Shown here in pieces: positions 58,083 to 64,000 of a stretch of 64,000 nt of DNA. The DNA is from the human T2T-CHM13v2.0 reference genome, Homo sapiens: NCBI RefSeq assembly GCF_009914755.1, contig NC_060930.1; one strand, written 5' to 3'. Under the pieces are notes generated by a model, which was not told the DNA's origin, searched no databases, and saw nothing but the letters and a program-made list of their open reading frames with translations. The position numbers were made by a program, and so were the translations under genes. How positions within the stretch are numbered: the stretch's first letter is position 1; each line of letters opens with the position of its first letter.

Positions 58083-58500
58083 TGTGATTATTAACTTTAT
58101 GTGTCAACTAGACTGGACTAAGAATTGCCCAGATAGCTGCCTAAACATTATTTCTAGGTATGTGCATGAGCATGTTTCTAGAAGAGATTAGCATTTGAAT
58201 TAGTGGACTAGGTAAATAAATTTACCCTTACCAATGTGTGACATCATCCAATCTGTTGAGGACCTGAATAGAATAAAAAGGTAAAGGGTGGATTCACTTT
58301 CTCTGTTGGAGCTGGAACATCCATCTTCACCTGTCCTAGGACATCGGCACCCCTGGAGCCTCTGGACTCAAACTGAGTTACACAACTAGCTTTCCTTGTC
58401 CATCAGATTGCAGATGACAGACCATGAGTCCTCTGGCTTCCATAATCACATAAGCCAATTCCTGCAATATATTTCTATGTCTATATCAATATGAATATCT
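58083..58500 (+). mobile_element. MLT2B-type 3' LTR of ERV-L (3' end not recognised)
   Basis: tgtgattattaactttatgtgtcaactagactgg ... gagattagcatttgaat ... ggcttccataatcacataagccaattcc. Confidence 0.85.
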
Positions 58501-61149
58501 ATCATTGCAAACACTCTCATCTGCCAAAGCTGATATATGCCACCCCTACTCAAGGAAGCAGTGTGGCTTCTACCTGCCAAATCTCATGTGAATAACCCTC
58601 ATCAGCAGAGCTTAAACAGTATCCAGAGTTCTGCTGGCAAGGGATTTTGGGAAATTCAGTTTCCATGCTTCCAGACCTTATAATACAAGGAGACCAGAGG
58701 TGAATGGAATGCATGCTGTTTGCCAAAGACAGTATCCAACATGAAACCATTAAGGAAAAGAATCAGCATTATTTGAAGAATAGATAGAGTGAAAAAAGTA
58801 CAAGTTATAGTAGGTCTCTGAGAATACAGAGGAAAAAAACCTTAGAAAAAGATGAGGGGGTGTATAGTAGATGTGAATGGCAGAGCCTAGTGCTCCAATC
58901 TCATTCCTGAGAGGTGAGAAGCAATACTGAAGACTATAGTAGAAATAAATTGTCCTCATTTGAAAAAATATGAGGAGGTAGATTGAAATTCAATTGAAAA
59001 ATTCACACTTAGATGTTCCTAGCAATGTTAGATAATTTCAAGTATTATAAAAGAAACAGGTCAATAAGCAGCTCAAGCAGATTTTTTTAAACTAATTTGC
59101 AAATGCAGAAAATTTATATGCTATAAATGAATGTAAATTTACACACAAAACTTTCTATAACTCATTATCTTGATATAAAGTCTATTGTCACTAATGGTTA
59201 AAAAATAGGTGTGTTGAAATGAGCTAATTTTAGATTTGTCTGATGTTCCTTTGGGTTATATTTTTAGGCATCTTTCTGTCAGGTGCTCTTCTCCATTCTC
59301 AAGGATTCTCTTTTCCCTCCTTTTTCCCCAGATGACATACACACAAAGAAAGTATCCATGTCCTCATGATAAGACAGAGGTCAGAGAGTGGCCTCTGAGC
59401 TGCATAGATCCTCATGTGCTACCCTGGAAAGTAAATTCCTTATTTCACCCAGTTATTGGACATGCCACACCTGTGTTTACAAAGTTACTGCTGTCTTCAT
59501 TGGTTTTGGGGAGATATTGTGCAGAAATACCCCACTGAAGTCTCTGACTTTGGTATAGCCTGCTTTCAAGAGGTCCCAGCATTCTGAAGCTTCCTTTTCT
59601 GGACCTCAGGCCTTTTTTGGTTCACAGTTCTTTTTGCCCGACTGTTTTCCCAACCAGAAGTCTCCTAGATGCCAAACAAAGGCAATGGTAATCTTGAATC
59701 TAACTAAGGGCTCTCTGTCAAGATACCTCCCTCAGGTATTTTTACTATGTCACTTGGTTGACATCATTTTTCTTTTAGACAATTGCCAAACACAGAGTTT
59801 CTCTATGTTTTTCAGTTTTCTGGTCTGCTCTTCAAAAAGTGAGACACTAGGCTTTCTGCTTAGGAATTTTTTTTAACTTTCTATTTTTATTATGTACATT
59901 GCCATGCCTCTTTGAGATCTGACCATGGGGTAGGGATGAATGAAGAGAAAAGAACAAATAGAAATATCTAACAACAACTTGGTCCTTCTCAAACCTTCCT
60001 CTTTCCTATTTTCTGGAACTTTCCTACACCAAAGCAAACTTCACTCTCTATTTTGGTGCAGAGTAAAACAGTGATCAGATTTGCAAAATCTACTCTGATA
60101 TCTAAAAGGAAGATTTGGAATTTATGGAATGCAATGAAGCTTACCTTTCAAAATTAGTGTGTCATTATACAGACTGTGTTTTTAATTTAAAACTCAAAGC
60201 TGAATAATCACTTTTTTTTTTACCTTTAGACCCTTCTCTACCCGTGAGCAATGATGACTGTCAGTGGCTGTGAGAGCTGTGAGAAATCTAGGAAAAAATA
60301 TATGGCTTAAATATCTCAAAAATTATTCCTGTACATGCTCAAAGGAACAAAATTACAATTAGACTTGTCCTATACAAAATGGAAGAAAGTGGAACTATAA
60401 ATAATATTGTGAGATAAAATATCATAATTCATGAATTCCATATGAATTCAATAGTAAAGTATGATCAACTATATAAGAGGTCAGAAAATATACAACTCAT
60501 ATTCTGCTCCTGAAAAACTCAAAATCACTGAGTGACAGACTAATTTACTAATTTAAATTTAAGTATGAGAAAATAGCGTTATGAAGACTTTCCTCAGTAT
60601 TCTATTCCAATGAAATGCTTCAACTTAAGTATAATTGTTTTATAAACAAAATATTATTGAATTCAAATAAAATTATTCTTAAAAATATACATAACATAAA
60701 AATATAATTTAATGACAAAAAGAACTCAGGTATGTAAGCCTAGATTTTATTTTCAAGGTTATTAAGTAGTAGTGGTAGATAAAATAAAATCACTAAATTT
60801 CTTATTTTACATGATAAACAAAGTCTTTATATTGTTCTTTTCCTATTTTATACTTTTCTCTTTGTAACAAAATTATGATGTTAACATAAACTTGTGAAAA
60901 CAGGTTAAATAAAATGTTGCGTGAAAAAATAGCCTATTTTATTTCATCACATCCCGAATAAACTTCTACTAACTACTAGAAGTTTCTTCTTGCCTTTATT
61001 TTCTAATTATTTTGTTTTTAAATTGTATCAGAAGAGAAAATATAGGTTCTTTTCTTGTAATTAAAAGTTAGAATTTAAAATAATTTAACATCAATATTTG
61101 TGAACTTTGTTTGTCAACTCATATGTAAAGCTTTGCTGATTAGGATAGA

Positions 61150-62170
<1,021 letters not shown>

Positions 62171-62719
62171 TTTATGCCTGGCATTTATTAGCTACCCAAT
62201 TAATGGCTTCCACATCACTAAAGAAAGCAAGGGTCTCAGAATGAATTTCCTCAGTTTCCTGACCCCACATCTACACATTTGATTCACATATGAATCTATC
62301 CTCACCTCATTTCCATTTCAGAGGGGGAAAAAAAGTCTTTTCTTTGTGCAAAAATAAAAGCTTCCAACTATGCTTTGGACCCCAACCTACAGGCAAATAA
62401 GGATCCCTGCTCTGTCAGTTACTTCTTCTTAACTTTCTCTTAAGCCTCTTTCTCTCTATTGATTATTTCCTTTCAGCTGTTGAAAAGTTATCCCTCAGTT
62501 CCACATCCTCCTCATTCATTACTTACTTAGTGACCACTTACAAAGCATCAGATGGGCTTAAGAGTCATAACCAGATAAAATACACTCCTTGCCTTCAATA
62601 ATCTTTCCCTCAGAGGAAACCAGCTAAGTCATCAATTGCAGGGCAAGATGGTTAAGTGTTAAAATGTTGCTGTGCTCAGGTACCACTAGAGCTCATGAAA
62701 GAAGGATCTGGGAAGTCTT

Positions 62720-63960
62720 CCTCTCTAGTCAATGTCACGTCTTTATTCTTTCCTCCATTGATTATCTTCTAAAAAACGGTAGATTCCATTTGTCATCTCA
62801 ATTCTTTTCCTCCCATTAATCCCTCCTTCCACTGCCCTCAGAAATTCCCTGAAACTCCCTTTCCAGGGTCAAAAATAATTTTTTGTTCAAAATCCAATGA
62901 TATTTTATTCCATGTGATGTTTTCCTTCCTTGTTGCATTTGATACTATAGATCATTCCCTCCTTGAGACTTCCATAACTACAAGCACTTCTGCTTTTATT
63001 TCTTCCTCTTTGGCCATTCTTACTTATTCTTTTTAAAAGATTCCTATTCTTCCACACAGCTCTTTATTATGGTTGAACTGTGCTGTCCAGAAACACTGGC
63101 TACTTTCATTTTCTCAATCTGCACACACTCTCTCAATACACATTCTCTCTCATCAAGTTTCATGGTTCCATCCACTACCTAAATGTGGCTTCTAGTCCCT
63201 ATTTACAGTCTGTACCTTCTCTTTTGGAGTCCAGATTCAAACCTACAGCTCTCTACTGAATCTCTCCAAATGAATGCCTAAATGGTTTCTCAAACACATG
63301 TCCAAAACGAACTTAGTATCTTCTCAAATCTTGCTGCTCTCTACACATTCTACCACAATGCAAAGCATCACTGTGTACTCCATTTGTCAAACTATCCTCT
63401 GTTCCCTCCCCTAGCCCGCTCCCCCATCAATCTAGGACATCAGGTCCTAGTCTCTGTACTTGTTTGGGTCTTTTTAATTTGTCACTTCTCTACCCTGACA
63501 TCCTCAGGTTCAGGCCATCAGTAATTATTACTTGTATTACCACAGAAGCTGTGTACATTTTGTCCTTGCCTTTTTTCGTGCATCCTAATACACGTTTTTA
63601 AAAAATTTCCACTAGGAATATCTTTTAAAGGGCAAATCTGCTAACTAAGGTCACTCCCTATGTGTAAATTTCTTCAGTAATATTTCCAGATTTTTAGCAA
63701 ATTATACAAGGCCCTCATGACATCACTCCTATGTCCCTCCTGTCTCATCTCCCTGTGGTTGATAGTTTTGTGACTATGGTTTTTATTTCTTAGCCGACAG
63801 GAGGTGTATGTTTTGACCAGAGTTTGAAAATCAATGTCTACATGCACATGAATGCCCTCAGCTAACTCCCACCTGTTCTCTTCACTCTCCTTGTGACTAC
63901 GTCAATCACTTTTTTACATAAAAACTGTCATTTCTCACCTCCTCCCCCAGATTATTTACA
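62720..63960 (+). mobile_element. L2 (RT region to 3' part)
   Basis: tcaaaatccaatg ... gcatttgatactatagatcattccctccttgag ... tctcaaacacatgtccaaaacgaac. Confidence 0.7.
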
Positions 63961-64000
63961 GGTTCTGACCTCTCTTAGTAGCGAGAGACTAGTGGCCCTT

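Overview
AT-rich primate (most likely human) genomic DNA, dominated by transposable elements. I recognise no host protein-coding exon, RNA gene, CpG island or CRISPR array; nearly all listed ORFs are by-products of repeats. Main features: (1) a complete 5.6-kb HERV-H provirus (7619-13227) with LTR7B-type LTRs, a perfect tRNA-His PBS, a 5-bp TSD, a defective gag-pro-pol, a largely deleted env and a long ESRG-like pre-gag ORF; (2) a 3.8-kb L1PA5/6-like element with both termini and a 15-bp TSD but two internal deletions; (3) an old L1MA-type element whose 5' UTR appears joined directly to its 3' end; (4) a near full-length BLACKJACK hAT transposon split by an L1PA7/8 and an AluSp; (5) a full THE1C/D provirus; (6) a 4.8-kb ERV-L internal region with an MLT2 LTR and a nested MER1B. 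There are also about 10 Alus, MaLR solo LTRs, Tigger/Charlie elements, MIR/L2/L3 relics and microsatellites. Subfamily names come from my recollection of consensus sequences and need RepeatMasker/Dfam confirmation. I found no convincing new biological system; the best leads are structural oddities of the retroelements.
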